From positions 123,566,001 to 123,630,000 of the forward strand of contig NC_043000.1 in assembly GCF_006345805.1 (NCBI RefSeq): a DNA stretch of 64,000 bases. Direction: 5' to 3'. The notes beneath the pieces are model-generated. The model was given only the letters and a program-made list of their open reading frames with translations, did not search any database and was not told the DNA's origin. A program made the translations under genes and the position numbers. Each line of letters begins with the position of its first letter. Positions within the stretch are counted from its first letter, which is position 1. This document shows positions 34,331 through 47,679 of this stretch, one piece after another. The stretch comes from Octopus sinensis (taxonomy: Eukaryota).

Positions 34331-35028
34331 AGTTACGTGTCACCATTCTCGTCAGCGTAGAAAGAATTAAGGAAAACATAAAAAAAACACGTATTAATAA
34401 AAGAATCTAGAAGGAAAAACAAATGACCGGAAATTTGCAAATAACTGACGAGAATGGTGATACATAACTTTAATTATCATTATTATTATTATTAATGTTT
34501 TTTCTTACATATTTGTATTTCCCTTTGAAACGGTCGTATGTAGATATTAAATTCTATTTTGAACTTTTAACATCTCTTCTCCATTTATATTATTGTTTGT
34601 AGTGTTTTATATAAGATTTTATCTTATACATGCCTTTAACGAACTTTTTACTTGGTATTCTCATAGTTTATAGCTTGCTCTAGCAGGCTATCTTTTGGAT
34701 ATGATGAATATTTATTACAGATATTCCCTCTTTTTGGACTCCTCAAAAAGTTTGAATTGTTATACTTGAACTTATTTTTTCTCATATATATATATATATA
34801 TATATTTACACACACACACACACGAGTAAGCACATAGATGCAAAACAAGGTGGAAAAAATAGTACTCGTATACCTAAAGTAGAGTAATAGGATTTTTATT
34901 AAAGCTGCAAAATCTTTAGAAAGCTGATACTAAAACTCTACTTATCACAACTGTCCGACGAACGGGAACGTGAAACTCTGAGGAACAGTTTTTGAAGAAT
35001 TTGCGGCTTAAATAAAAGTTAGTGAGTG

Positions 35029-35064
<36 letters not shown>

Positions 35065-37416
35065 CGTGCAATAATGATACTGGTGTAATAAAATTTTGAA
35101 GTTGTTTTACACTCTTTATAGAAAAATACAGTTATATTAAGATATAAACACAGCGGTATGTGATTACAAAAGCGTAATGCAATGACTAATTCCAGGTAGT
35201 CTGATCTAAATATGACAAGAGGCAAACTTGTGTAAACACCTTATTCGTTGTACTTTAGGAGTGCAGTAAAGCTTATGCAGGCCCAACTTTGCATATTGGA
35301 TCCGGGGTGATTTCTTGAGAGAGTTTTGAAGAAAAAAAAGTTCATCTTATATGCCATCAAATACGGTATTTATATTATAAAAAAAAAATGCAGTAGAAAA
35401 GCGTCGAGCTGGCAGAATCGTTAGAGCGTCAGACAAAATGCTTTGCTGCATTTTTTCCGTCTCTTTTTTTTCTTTCGCCCTTCCGGAACCAATAAAATAA
35501 AGTTAAGTACTAAGGTCAATGTAATCAACCTTCCCCTCCCCTCTAAATTGTGGGCCTTGTGTCAAAATTTGAAACCATATTATACAAAGCAGCAATAAGC
35601 TTAATTTGCCGATGAATGAAGTTTTCTGAGGGGTGGAGGCCGCGAAATTTCTAACAAACCCATCAAAATCAATTTCCTTGATGGTGCTTTGGTTCTCAAT
35701 TGCTGGTAAGGCAACAGTATTTCGTCTTGAAACTGTAATATACTATATTTCAAGTCAGTATTGTATCTTACTGTGTGTTAGCAGTGCCATACTTTTTCTT
35801 TTACTTTTAAGATTATCTCCATCGATTTTCTACAGAATTCAGAACCAATACTGCAAGTTAAGACGTTTCGTAAATGAGTGCGTCAACATAAACAATGCAA
35901 TCGAAGACAGAAAAATAGGTAAGGTTACGCCCGTCGCTAAGGAGGTGCACAGGACGGCACTACCCACTCATTATTGAAAGGTGCACCCTCAGATTTACTT
36001 CACTTTAGTGACTCCACTTTAGTATTATTACAAATTAGTGCCCACCCAGAATATTCTGAAGCACCCATAGGTCCTAACGTCTGGCGATGGGCCTGGGTAT
36101 GATAAATCAAAATAGGTTTACATAGAAGTATTCGTTTCCGAAATGTCGTAACTTGCAGTGCTGGGTCTGGGTTTTGTTGAAACTCTTTAGAGATAAACTT
36201 AAGCTTGCTTCATTCTTTACTCGATGCTACTTTAGCGTGTGATCTACAACCTTAAGAGCGATTACTTTAGGTTACCTTCTAATTCACTTTTCGATTTCTA
36301 AAAACACTTAACATGTTGGCTAAAGATGTTTTATAATAAATTCTTTTGTACATACTTAGCATTGTAAATGTATTTTCTCAAAATTCTCACTATTTTAATA
36401 ATAATAACACCATATTTCATTTATGTCTTAGTAAACAATAAGAAAAAACAAGAATAAACAATATAATAGTTAGGATAAGCAATTAGATCACACAAGTTTG
36501 GCAGCCGCGGGTTTTTTTGAAGTTGTAGATCACATGCCAATGTGATGCCATTTGCTTGATCTTGCTAAATCAAGTAGGTGGACCTTAAAATTTTTTTTAT
36601 ATATTTGAGTTTGCTCTGGGCACTGTCATTATTTTCAAAAATCAATGTTTTATTCTATTCATGACAATGGTGAGCAGCATTTGAGTCACTGGCTTCTATA
36701 CAGCCCATGAAAGGGTGCAGTTTATTGCTTTCACTGTAATTTGATGTCAAGCCCGAGTGACAAGTTTTCCAACAAGGATAGTTTTAACGATCGGAAAAAA
36801 AGCAGAGGGGAAAAATGATTACATGTGCAAAAGCTAATGCAACAGAGATTCTGTGCTGAAGTTTAATATTTTATATAAGGAATTTTCTCATGTTTACAGG
36901 GAATTGACAAAAGACAAGTGTAGAGAAACAAGAAATACTGGACTGAAGCTATCGTAGCTTGAACTGATCAGTTATTGAGACCCCCTTCGGTCATGACTGA
37001 CCGTGGGATTGCACCGAGAAAGTTACCCCCTACCAGGCACAAGTCCGGGCAAGGTTGTTTATGGAAGACCAGCAGTTGCCCATGCATACCGGCCTCCCAT
37101 CTCCACGCCACCAGTGTTATCCAAGGGAAAGGCAAGGGCCGATACAGCTTGGCATCTGTGACGTTGCAACTCATTTCTACAGCTGAGTGAACTGGAACAA
37201 CGTGAAATAAAGTGTCTTGCTCAAGAGCACAACACGCAGCCCGGTCCGGGATTCGAACTCTCAACCTCACGATCGTAAGCTCGACGCTCTAACCACTGAG
37301 CCATGCTCCTTCACAAAAGAGACGCAACGCAGCTATGTATTTCACCTGCCGTGCTAACGATTCTGCCAGCTCGCCGCCGTCAAACTAACATTTAGAAATA
37401 TCTCACGAAGTTTGTA

Positions 37417-37928
37417 CAGTAAATCCTCGAGTATAATCCGTATTTTTTCCCCAAAATTTAAAGGTCAAAATCCCTAGTGCGTACTATATACGAGGTTAAA
37501 GATGAAAAATATTTTCTAAGCAATGTCCGAGTTTCTATTTGCTGTCCGGCAATGTTTATTCAGACGCATTTTGTGATGTTGGGCGCGAAAATACCTTAAG
37601 CTAAGCCTGAAAGCAATGAAGCCATAAAAGAATCATCCATAACTTGCAGTGAGCAACATTTATTAAACGTTATAACTGTTATTTCTTTATTTTCTGCCAA
37701 CAAAATGCACAAAAAAGCTACACGTTTGCATTATGTTATATATACAATAATAATAAAGGACGTTACCGTATACATTTTTACAAACCAAGGACGTTATATA
37801 GACCTCCTTGACTCAAGTTAGAGAAGGGGTACGTATTATACACAAGGTTTAGGTTTTTCGGAAGTACAGCCCCCCAAAAATCCCCTGCGTGTTATACTCA
37901 AGGGCGGAGTATACTCGAGGATTTACGG
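37417..37928. mobile_element. Tc1/mariner-pogo (Tigger-like) MITE
   Basis: TA TSD; TIR CAGTAAATCCTCGAGTATAATCCG / CGGAGTATACTCGAGGATTTACGG. Confidence 0.85.
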
Positions 37929-38234
37929 TAATCAGTTAATCGACTTAATAATTCTGAAGACTTCAGTTCCTGATTCTCAAAAGTCGGTTTTTGCATTGGC
38001 GGTAAATGTTGCCTTTCTGTTACAAAATCTTCACAGCTAAGATCAATATGATACTGGTATGCTAACAGTGCAAGCATGGCTGTGTGTTTAAGAAGCTCGC
38101 TTTGCAATCATATGGTTTGGGGTTCGGTCCTATTGTGCGGCACCTGGGGCGTCTTCTACTATAGCCCAGGGCTGTTCAATACCGTGAGAGTGGATTTGGT
38201 ACAGAAACTGCGTGGAAGTCTGTCGTGTGTGTGA

Positions 38235-38315
<81 letters not shown>

Positions 38316-39776
38316 AGTATGCGTGAGTGTTTCTCCACCGCTACCACACTGCTTGACAACTGGTGTTGGTTTGTTTACGTCCCCGTAACCAAGTGGTTCA
38401 GCAAAAAAAAAACCAAAAGAAAAGCAAAAAACGAATAAGAACCAAACCTTAAAAAATAAAGAACTGGGGCCGAATATTTCAACTAAACCCTTCGAAGTGG
38501 TGCTCCAGCATGGCTGCGGTCCAATGAATGAAATAAATAGAGGATAGAAGAAAAGACAAGAAATCGAAATGTTCTATCAACCGTTTAACCGCATTAAATC
38601 GTAGTTAATCCAATAATGATAATGTCAATCAAAACACAACACAAATTTTCCCAAAGTTAGCCTTTTCTGGCAAATCATCAATTAGAGTCAATCATTTATA
38701 TAATGTTCTTTTCTACTCTAGGCACGAGGCCCGAAATTTTGGGGGAGGGAGCCAGTCGGTTACATGGACTCCAGTACAAAACTGGTACTTAATTTATCGA
38801 TCCCGAAAGGGTGAAAGACAAAGTCGACATCGGTGGAAATTGAACTCAGAACGTAAAGACAGACGAAATACCTATTTCTCTACTATCCACAAGGGGCTAA
38901 ACACAGAGAGGACAAACAAGGACAGACAAACGGATTAAGTCGATTATATCGACCCTAGTGCGTAACTGGTACTTATTTAAAGCAAAGTCGACCTCGGCAG
39001 AATTTGAACTCAGAACGTAGCGGCAGACGAAATACCGCTAAGCATCTAACCCGGCGTGCTAACGTTTCTGCCAGCTCGCCGTATTTCATTTGTATAATGT
39101 TGCCTTTTATCCTTTCGGGGTCGAGTAAATAAGTACCAGTTACGCACTGCGATCGATATACTCGACTTATCCGTTTGTCTGTCCTTTGTTTGTCCTCTCT
39201 GTGTTTAGCCCCTTGTGGGTAGTAAAGAAATTGATATTTCGTCTGCCGTTACGTTCTGAGTTCAAATTCCGCCGAGGTCGATTTTGCCTTTCATCCTTTC
39301 GGGGTCGATAAATTAAGTACCAGTTGTGTACTGGGATCGATGTAATCGACTTAAGCCCTTTGTCTGTCCTTGTTTGTCCCCTTTATGTTTAGCCCCTTGC
39401 AGGCAATAAAGAAATAAATATATTAATGGCAATTCATTCTTCATAGAACATAGTTAGTTGAAGATGAATAATATCAGGCATTTAGTCTAGGTCGCAACTA
39501 TTCCTATTAGGTCTTATTTTTATCACGTGCTTTAACTGCACTACTGATGTTAATTTATGAGCAAACGTGGTACAGTGTACCAAATACACCGAACTGCGAC
39601 TTGCGTGGATATTTAAGATTGATAAATCATGTATCTGAGTCCAAATGTTTCAAGGTTGATTCGATGAGGTAAAAAAAAACAACAAAGAAATAAACAGCAA
39701 TCATCAAATTTTATGAAACATGGCAAGGCATGAAAAGCACATTTGAACTATCTATTATTCTTTCGACTTGATAACA

Positions 39777-40381
39777 GTATTCTTTTCTACTCTAGACACA
39801 AGGTCCGAAATTTTGGGGGAGGAGGATAGTCGATTAGATCGACCCCAGTACGCAACTGGTACTTAGTTTATCGACCCCGAAAGAATGAAAGGCAAAGCCG
39901 ACTTCGGCGGAATTTCAAATCAGAACGTAAAGGACTTAATAACAATATTATTTTTACTCTAGACACAAGGTCCAAAATTTTGGGGGAGGGGGATAGTCGA
40001 TTACATCAACCCCAGTGTTTCACTGGTTCTTAATTTATCGACCCCGAAAGAATGAAAGCCAAAGTCGACCTCGGCAGAATTTGAACTCAGAACGTAAAGG
40101 ACTTAGCAAATATTCTTTTCTACTCTAGGCACAAGGTCCGAAATATTGAGGGAGGAGGATAGTCGATTAGATCGACCCCAGTACGCAATTGGTACTTAGT
40201 TTATCGACCTCAAAAGGATGAAGGGCAAAGTCGACTTTGACGGAATTTCAAACCAGAACGTAAAGGACTTATGAATGGTAAAGTCGACGTCGGTGGAATA
40301 TGAACTCAGAACGTAACGGCAGGCGAACTACCGCTAAGCATTTCGCCCGGCATGCTAACGTTTCTGCCAGCTCGCCGCCTT
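39777..40381 (-). repeat. Tandem array of three approximately 170-bp SINE-A monomers plus a head
   Basis: Three head-to-tail units each ending CAGAACGTAAAGGACTT. Confidence 0.85.
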
Positions 40382-40869
40382 GCGTCCGATGTTGAGTTTC
40401 CTAATAAAAGGGAAGTAACTCTTAATAGCAGCAATATCTAAGAGAGATAACTCCAAGGGTAACGTAATGTTAAATTTTATAGTTATCTCTATTGCAAAAG
40501 AAACAAGATTGGAGTTGTAATTGACAGTCTCGTTAAAATATAAAAATAGAGAAAAACATGTTAAATTAATCAGTGGTAACATGAATAATAGAATGCGTGG
40601 GAAAAAATAGGTTTCGTTCCAAGACTCGAGCTGTTCTGAATATTGCGGAAGTTTGTTGGGGCGCGTTTTCTTCCTTCCTTTCCTTATTTATTTGTTTTTT
40701 TTTTTTTGCGGTTCGAGAGATGAAATTGTGATAAGTGTAATCCCCTCCCCCGAAAATGGACGTGACGCCAGTCCATCGCAGTGTTACTCGAGAAACAGGA
40801 AGAAAGAGTGAGAGAAAGTTGGGGCGAAAGAGTACAGCAGGGGTCGCCACCACCTTTTCTAAAGTTATA

Positions 40870-41408
40870 GCTCTTCAAAAAGTTATAGTGACTGTTTGGT
40901 AGTGTACTGCTGGACTCATCCACTATAACAACTTAAAACCCGAAAAAAAAAAACATTACTGCAGAAACATACTGCCATGAAATTGCCAAAATGAACGAAA
41001 AACTGCTACTCCTCCGTCCCAGACTGCTCAACAGAGCAGGCCAATCATTCTTCATGACAATGCTCGACCACATGTTTCACTAATGACGCTACAGCAGTTG
41101 AGGGAACTTGGCTACGAAGTTCTTCTCCACCCACCTTATTCCCCAGACCTTTCTCCTACCGAATATCACTTTTTCAAGCACCTTGATGATTTCCTGTGAG
41201 AGAAGGAGTTCGAAAATTAAACCAATGTTGAAAGTGTTTTTCAAAGAGTTCATCAGCTCTAAAACTCCAGATGTTTATGTTACCGGAATAAACAAAAATG
41301 TGTTGATTATAATGGTACTTACTTGATGGATAAAATTTCCACATTGTTGAAATATATTGCAATGAATTTCATGATTCAAAACGTTGCTTACTTTTACTCA
41401 ACCTAATA
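40870..41408 (+). mobile_element. Mariner transposase 3' relic (DD34D, Hsmar1/cecropia-like)
   Basis: ILHDNARPHV and HPPYSPDLSPTEYHFF motifs with stops; right end TTACTTTTACTCAACCTAA followed by TA. Confidence 0.9.
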
Positions 41409-41461
41409 CATAACATTTCAATATACTCTTTATGTGTGTGTGTGTGTGTGTGTGTGTTTAC

Positions 41462-41504
<43 letters not shown>

Positions 41505-41738
41505 TATTTGAGACAAAACCACTATTTTGCAAAACAAACAAGGAAAGACTTAATCAATACATAAAATTTAATAGTTGACTATTTATTAAATTTTATGTAT
41601 TGATTAAGTCTTTCCTTGTTTGTTTTGCAAAATAGTGGTTTTGTCTCAAATATATTTTATATTTTACTATAAAATTGGATTTAATCCTAAATCTGATTTT
41701 TTTTTCCCTGTAAATTTGGATATATTCCCTAATATTTA

Positions 41739-41822
<84 letters not shown>

Positions 41823-41937
41823 CACACACATATATAAACACACACGCACACACACACACGCACACACACACGCACACATGCACACAGACACAAGCATATG
41901 AATATATATTTAGATAGATATATATGGGCGCTAGTAG

Positions 41938-43036
41938 AGTATGCAGTCTACCACGTTGTCAAACAGTATATATAGCCAGGGTTATCTACTTTAAACTTTA
42001 AGTTAATAAAGGAATCCAATTTTTCCATTATACGAACATTAACAGCAAATTAAACTGCAAGCTGAGCCTGAGTGAGATTTTATAACGGATATTTTTCTTT
42101 GTTATGGATCTACCCATGACCAGTGACTCTAGCAGGAAAATCTAAAAATACAATAACTGACTGGTACAAAATGTGCCACGAGGTGTGTGGAACCATAGTT
42201 TATCATGAACGACGAAGGAAGATGGTAAGAACAAACGATAACCCCATTCAGATCGACGAAGAAAGATTTGTTGGTCGACGAAAATACAATAGAGGAAGAA
42301 AGCTGAATGGCGACAACGCTTCTCTCTTCGAAGACAGAGATGCAGAACAACGACCACAACAGAAATCGTGGACGTAGAATTGATCGGCCGTGGGTTTATG
42401 GTCTCAAACAAAGCTCAGACTGTCGATACGTTTGTGTGGAACGGCGTGACGGGAACAGTCTGATCCTAATTATTGAAAGAGAATGTGAAAAATGTTCACT
42501 AATCCATTCAGAGTGGAGGCGCAATGGTCCAGTGGTTAGGGCAGCGGACTCGCGGTCGGAGGATCGCGGTTTCGATTCCCAGACCGAGCGTTGTGTGTGT
42601 TTATTGAACGAAAACACCTAAAAGTTCCACGAGGCTCCGGCAGGGGGTGGTGGTGACCCCTGTTGTACTCTTTCGCCACAACTTTCTCTCACTCTCTCTT
42701 CCTGTTTGTTCCAGCTGGGGGGAACACATACGCCACAGAAACCGGGAAACCGGCCCCATGAACCTGGTTAGAATTGAAAAGGGTGGATATTCATATTCAA
42801 TTCATTCAGACGAGTGGCCCGCTTATAATAATTTAAATGCCATAAGTTATCACCATCTGACAGTAAACCATCAACGACATTATGTGGAACCAGTCACTCA
42901 GGCCATTAAGTGATCATGGTTAGATGCTAAAACTATGATTTTGAAATAAAAAACAAAAACTGATCACTGAAATATCTGGGAATATCTGAAAGATAAGGTA
43001 AATAATCCTGTTTGACACAGTGGTGGACTGCATACC
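41938..43036 (+). mobile_element. Degenerate Merlin (IS1595/IS1016-like, ISXO2 DDE) DNA transposon
   Basis: Broken-frame peptides DWYKMC.EVC, IQIDE.RFVGRRKYNRGR, PWVYG, IHSDEWPAYNNL, HLTVNH, SWLDAK. About 29-bp TIRs (AGTATGCAGTCTACCAC...GTGGTGGACTGCATACC). Frameshifts, stops and a SINE insertion; no TSD seen. Confidence 0.85.
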
Positions 43037-43208
43037 ATACCAGCACCTATGTATGTATATGTATAGATGTATGTACGTACGTATATATTACAAATGTGTG
43101 TGTACTTTAACCTTTCGCTCATCTAGCTTCGATGTCTTTTACATAATATTTATCTGTGATGTGATGACGTAATAAACAATATATGTTCTCATAGCAACAA
43201 AACAAAAT

Positions 43209-43417
43209 GGCGATCTTTCGGTACTAGATACATAGCTGTCACTTATAAACCCACGTGGGTTTATTTAGAAGAAAAAAGAAACCGTTCCCCCCACCCCTAA
43301 CCCCAACCCCACATATATATAAAAAAAATTTACGGAAAGTGACGATCTTCTTAAAATGTAAACAAAACCCTTAGGGTTTATAAGTGACAGCTATGTATCT
43401 AGTACCGAAAGATCGCC
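43209..43417. mobile_element. Merlin-type MITE, family 2
   Basis: Perfect 44-bp TIR starting GGCGATCTTTCGG; perfect 8-bp TSD AACAAAAT (43201-43208 / 43418-43425); internal CCCCTAACCCCAACCCC. Confidence 0.9.
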
Positions 43418-43697
43418 AACAAAATACTTCTCAAATACACTGGTAAATGAGAATTCTATGTCAGTTGTCGCGGCTCTACTCTGATAAAGCGTACAGGCTA
43501 AAGGGTAAATCACTTGCATTCCTGAGGTACCAGTTGACGATACGGAAAAGTTTTCAGCATTGCAATGGATTTAGAAAAACTTGCAACACCTCTGAGTAGC
43601 TCTTGCAGTTTCTGTGTGGGGCAAAGCATCTCTGATATTTATTTCACCTCTGTTCTATACTATTGTTATTTTTGTGAATCTTTCTACGAGATTAGAA

Positions 43698-44734
43698 TGT
43701 AGCATACGTTCGTGTGAAATTCCCCTCTCCTCTTTATTACATATACGTGCATTCGAACGTAGTAGGTAAGAGCTCGCCTTTGGCCACTGTTTGGAATCCG
43801 TTGTGTCCACTACTCTGATTGGTTGGTATTGGCTCAATTTGTTTCTTATTCTGTCGCGCCAATTTGCAGCGTATAACCAATCGGAGCCTCTAAATAAATC
43901 ACATGAGACAGCCTGTTCTCAACCCAGTTTTGAGCCTACGGCCCCTTATAAAAACCCAGTTTCCCATCGTCTCAAGATCTTTGGTTTCAGACCTTTTAAG
44001 GTCTAACCACTGACCACACAAAACACAGCCAGTTCCAGCGACAACACAACAGCAGCCACGTTGAGACTTACCAATTTCGTCCAACAGCATTACGGCAATC
44101 TCTTTCTTCGCCGCCACCATTATCTTCTTAGCGACGTGAACATCATCTCTCTACGTACACAGCTCAACCAGCAACTCGCCCAGGTCCAACACTCCACTGT
44201 TCGTGAATTACTTCACAATGGATCAACAGCGAATATACAACCAGCGAGAACTCCTGTACCAAGTGACCCAGGCAGCAGCATTACAGCTACAACTTCACGT
44301 ATGACATGTACCGCAACCGGCTCAGCATCATGGCCGCAACCTCCTGACACAGTATTTCAACTACCGCGTACAATTGACTACGAGCTGGTATTCTCATTCT
44401 TGTGTCTATGAACATTCTTCTAACTTCTCAATAGACTCTTTCATTGTCTTCTTCATTGCTATTCTTATATGTACTTAATACACACGCATACATCCATGCC
44501 TATACACACATACACTTTGTTCTCATGACAGCATATCTATTCTGTGTACATGACGCACACACACACAGATACGTGTTAACATATCAATAAATCTTCTCTT
44601 AAGCATTCTACTCTGTTGTGTCTCTCCTTTTCACTCTGGCATATATATGTATCATTCCTTTTATATTTATTGTAAGGGCTGTGTGATGTACTAAAGACAA
44701 ACTTCTCGTCACCTCGCATCGCACGGTCCTTACA
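43698..44734 (+). mobile_element. Probable solo LTR; diverged partial U3 copy at about 47900-48200
   Basis: TGTA...TACA termini, CCAAT boxes, TATAAAA near 43947, AATAAA near 44587; flanks AGAA/AGAG (imperfect 4-bp TSD). Confidence 0.6.
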
Positions 44735-46529
44735 AGAGAATGAATAATGAATATATAAACGAAGATATAACGGGTGAAATATTTTCTTTTCGTCGGTACA
44801 CGTACCGAGTTTTTTATACTACCAACCTTTCTTCGTGTCACCGATTTCACGTCGGTTGCGACGACGAGGGTCCCAGCTGATACGATCAACGGAACAGCTT
44901 GCTCGTAAAATTAACGTGCAAGTGGCTGAGCGCTCCACACACACGTGTACCCTTAACGCAGTTCTCGGGGAGATTCAGCGTGACACAGAGTGTGACAAGG
45001 TTGGCCCTTTGAAATACAGGTACTACTCACTTTTTGTCAGCTGAGTGGACTGGAGCAACGTGAAATAAAGTGTCTTGCTCAAGGACACAACACGCCGCCG
45101 GGAATTGAACTTACGACTCTAGGGTCATGAGCCGAATGCGTTTCTTGCAATTTCTTCTTAACGTTCATTTTGCATGCGTTCGTGTTCCGGAGATATTTTC
45201 TTGGTTCATTTGGAATGTAACTAATTTTGGATTGCCTTGAAAACGTTGTTTTAACATGTATTTTCGAATATATCAATTTGAATGATATTTTCTGTTTCTA
45301 AATGTATGTTGCTACAACAGATATATATATATATATCTGTTGTAGCAACATACATTTAGAAACAGAAAATATCATTCAAATGATATATTCGAAAATACAT
45401 GTTAAAACACGTTTTCAAGGCAATCCAAAATAGTTACATTCCAACAGATATATATATATATATATCTGTTGTAGCAACATACATTTAGAAACAGAAAATA
45501 TCATTCAAATGATATATTCGAAAATACATGTTAAAACAACGTTTTCAAGGCAATCCAAAATTAGTTACATTCCAAATGAACCAAGAAAATATCTCCAGAA
45601 CACGAATGCATGCAAAATGAACGTTAAGAAGAAATTGCAAGAAACGTTAGTTTAGTATTCAACTTTTAGTGGCGTCAGTGGATGACAAAAGAATAAACGA
45701 TAATTACAATAATCAGAAACATAGCGATTCCAGGTCACGACAATTAGTTAGCTATCTAGAACTAATAGACCTGGTTATTTCGTCATTACTAGAGTATGAA
45801 AGACAAAGTCGACCCCAACAGCGTTTGAATTCAGATCGTAAAGTCAGAAGAAATGCAATGACACAAAGCATTTCGTCCGGTGTGGTAACGATCCTGCCGG
45901 CTCGCCGCCTTACCTATTTCTTTACTACCCACAAGGGGCTAAACACAGAGAGGACAAACAAGTACAGACACATGGATTATATCGACTCCAGTGCCTAACT
46001 GGTACTTATTTAATCGACCCCGAAAAGATGAAAGGCAAAGTCGACCTCGGCGGAATTTGAACTCAGAACGTAACGGTAGACGAAATACCTATTTCTTTAC
46101 TACCCATAAGGGGCTAAACACAGAGGAGACAAACAAGGACAGACAGACGGATTAAGTCGATTATATCGACCCCAGTGCGTATCTGGTACTTATTTAATCG
46201 ACCCCGAAAGGATGAAAAGCAAAGTCGACCTCGGCGGAATTTGAACTCAGAACGTAGTGGCAGACGAAATACAGCTAAGCATTTCGCCCGGCGTGCTAGG
46301 GTTTCTGCCAGCTTGCCGCCTTACCTGGCTCCGTAATAATATTTACTGAAACATTGAAGATGATTAAATGTTTTGTCGCTGTATTTTAGTTTATGTTCAA
46401 CTGTAGTGAAGCTTGCTTAATATAAAACGTTTTTCTGCTTTGATTTTTCTTGCATGTTTTATTATTGTAATCATATAGAGTATTTTCACTATCGCGATCT
46501 CCAACTCTATGCTCAAGCTATGTTATTAA

Positions 46530-46838
46530 TCTCTATATATAAAGCTGAAGTTGTCTATGTATGGCAGGTTTGGCAGCCTTCAACTAACACTATTTCCTCC
46601 GAGACCCTGCGGCGCAAGTTGACCAAAATTATTTACATCAAAAAGGTGCTTTTTTTCTATGATATCCCTATTTTTTACGATTTTTTGACTGCTGTGTCGC
46701 CATTTTTCGGTGTATTTCAACCAGAAAAATGTTCACTTAAAGAGAATAACAAGCTACATAATGCAAAATTTTTACTTATCAAAATTTCCAATATAAAGGG
46801 TCGAAACAAACTCTAGCAATGCCGGGCGATACGGCTAG
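46530..46838 (+). mobile_element. Non-autonomous Helitron, copy 2 (internal deletion)
   Basis: Same termini (A|TCTCTATATATAAAG...GCTAG|T) as copies 1 and 3. Confidence 0.8.
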
Positions 46839-47159
46839 TTTTTATATACAATAATATTCTTTGCTATAGCGAAGTTACTTTAGTAATATTTTATAATGTG
46901 CTAGATTGCTTTAAATATTACGTGCTTTAATGCACAGAAAAACTTGTTTTCTGAATATATGCTGTTTAAATTGGGGTGTGCCTAATATATCCGAGCGTTT
47001 TTTTATGTCATATAATTTTTATTACACATATAACACGTATGTGTATGCTATATGAATAATACAAAACCATATTAAAATACAAATTCTAAACAATAGTCAT
47101 GATTCTTCCATAATATGAGTTTTTCAAAAATGAAATCAAAGCCGACAAATTTTGCTGTA

Positions 47160-47194
<35 letters not shown>

Positions 47195-47344
47195 TGTTAC
47201 AGTTAAATCGCGGCCATATCACATCTATGCTCGATCAAGTCTAACCTTGTATTAAGCAACAACATTTTTATGGCTGAAACCAAACAGAAAAGTTTGTATA
47301 CCAACGCTCGACGTATTAAAAACACCCGCTTAATTTCCATTCTG

Positions 47345-47679
47345 TGAAGGCGCATGGCTCGGTGGTTTGAGCGTAGAGTTCACAATCGTGAGGTTGTGAG
47401 TTCGATTCCTGGACCGAGCTGTGTGTTGTGTTCTTGAGCAAGACACTTTATTTCACGTTGCTCCAGTTCACTCAGCTGTAGAAATGAGTTGCAATGTCAC
47501 TGGTGCCAAGCTGTATCAGCCTTTGCATTTCCCTTGGATAACATCAGTGGCGTGGAGAGGCGGGGGCTGGTATGCATGGGCGATTGCTAGCCTTCCACAA
47601 ACAATCTTGCCCTGACTTGTGCCTCGGAGGGTAACTTTCTAGGTGCAATCCTACGGTCATTCATGACCGAAGGGGGTCC
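47345..47679 (+). mobile_element. SINE family B (tRNA head + CORE-like domain). Other copies: 16198-16545 (+), 36978-37313 (-), 57720-58053 (-), partial 45000-45137 (-)
   Basis: A-box TGGCTCRGTGG, B-box GAGTTCGA, CORE-like CTTGAGCAAGACACTT; four near-full-length copies of about 335-350 bp. Confidence 0.88.

Noticed and set aside
35836-35918. Plus-strand exon-like segment (tacag...AG|gtaagg) with one open frame
   Set aside because: No recognisable homology and no partner exons.
39777-40381. CRISPR-like regularly spaced repeats
   Set aside because: Eukaryotic context; units are whole SINE monomers with no unique spacers and no cas genes.
47345-47420. tRNA-like A/B boxes here and in other SINE heads
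   Set aside because: They continue into SINE bodies and do not form complete cloverleaves; not tRNA genes.
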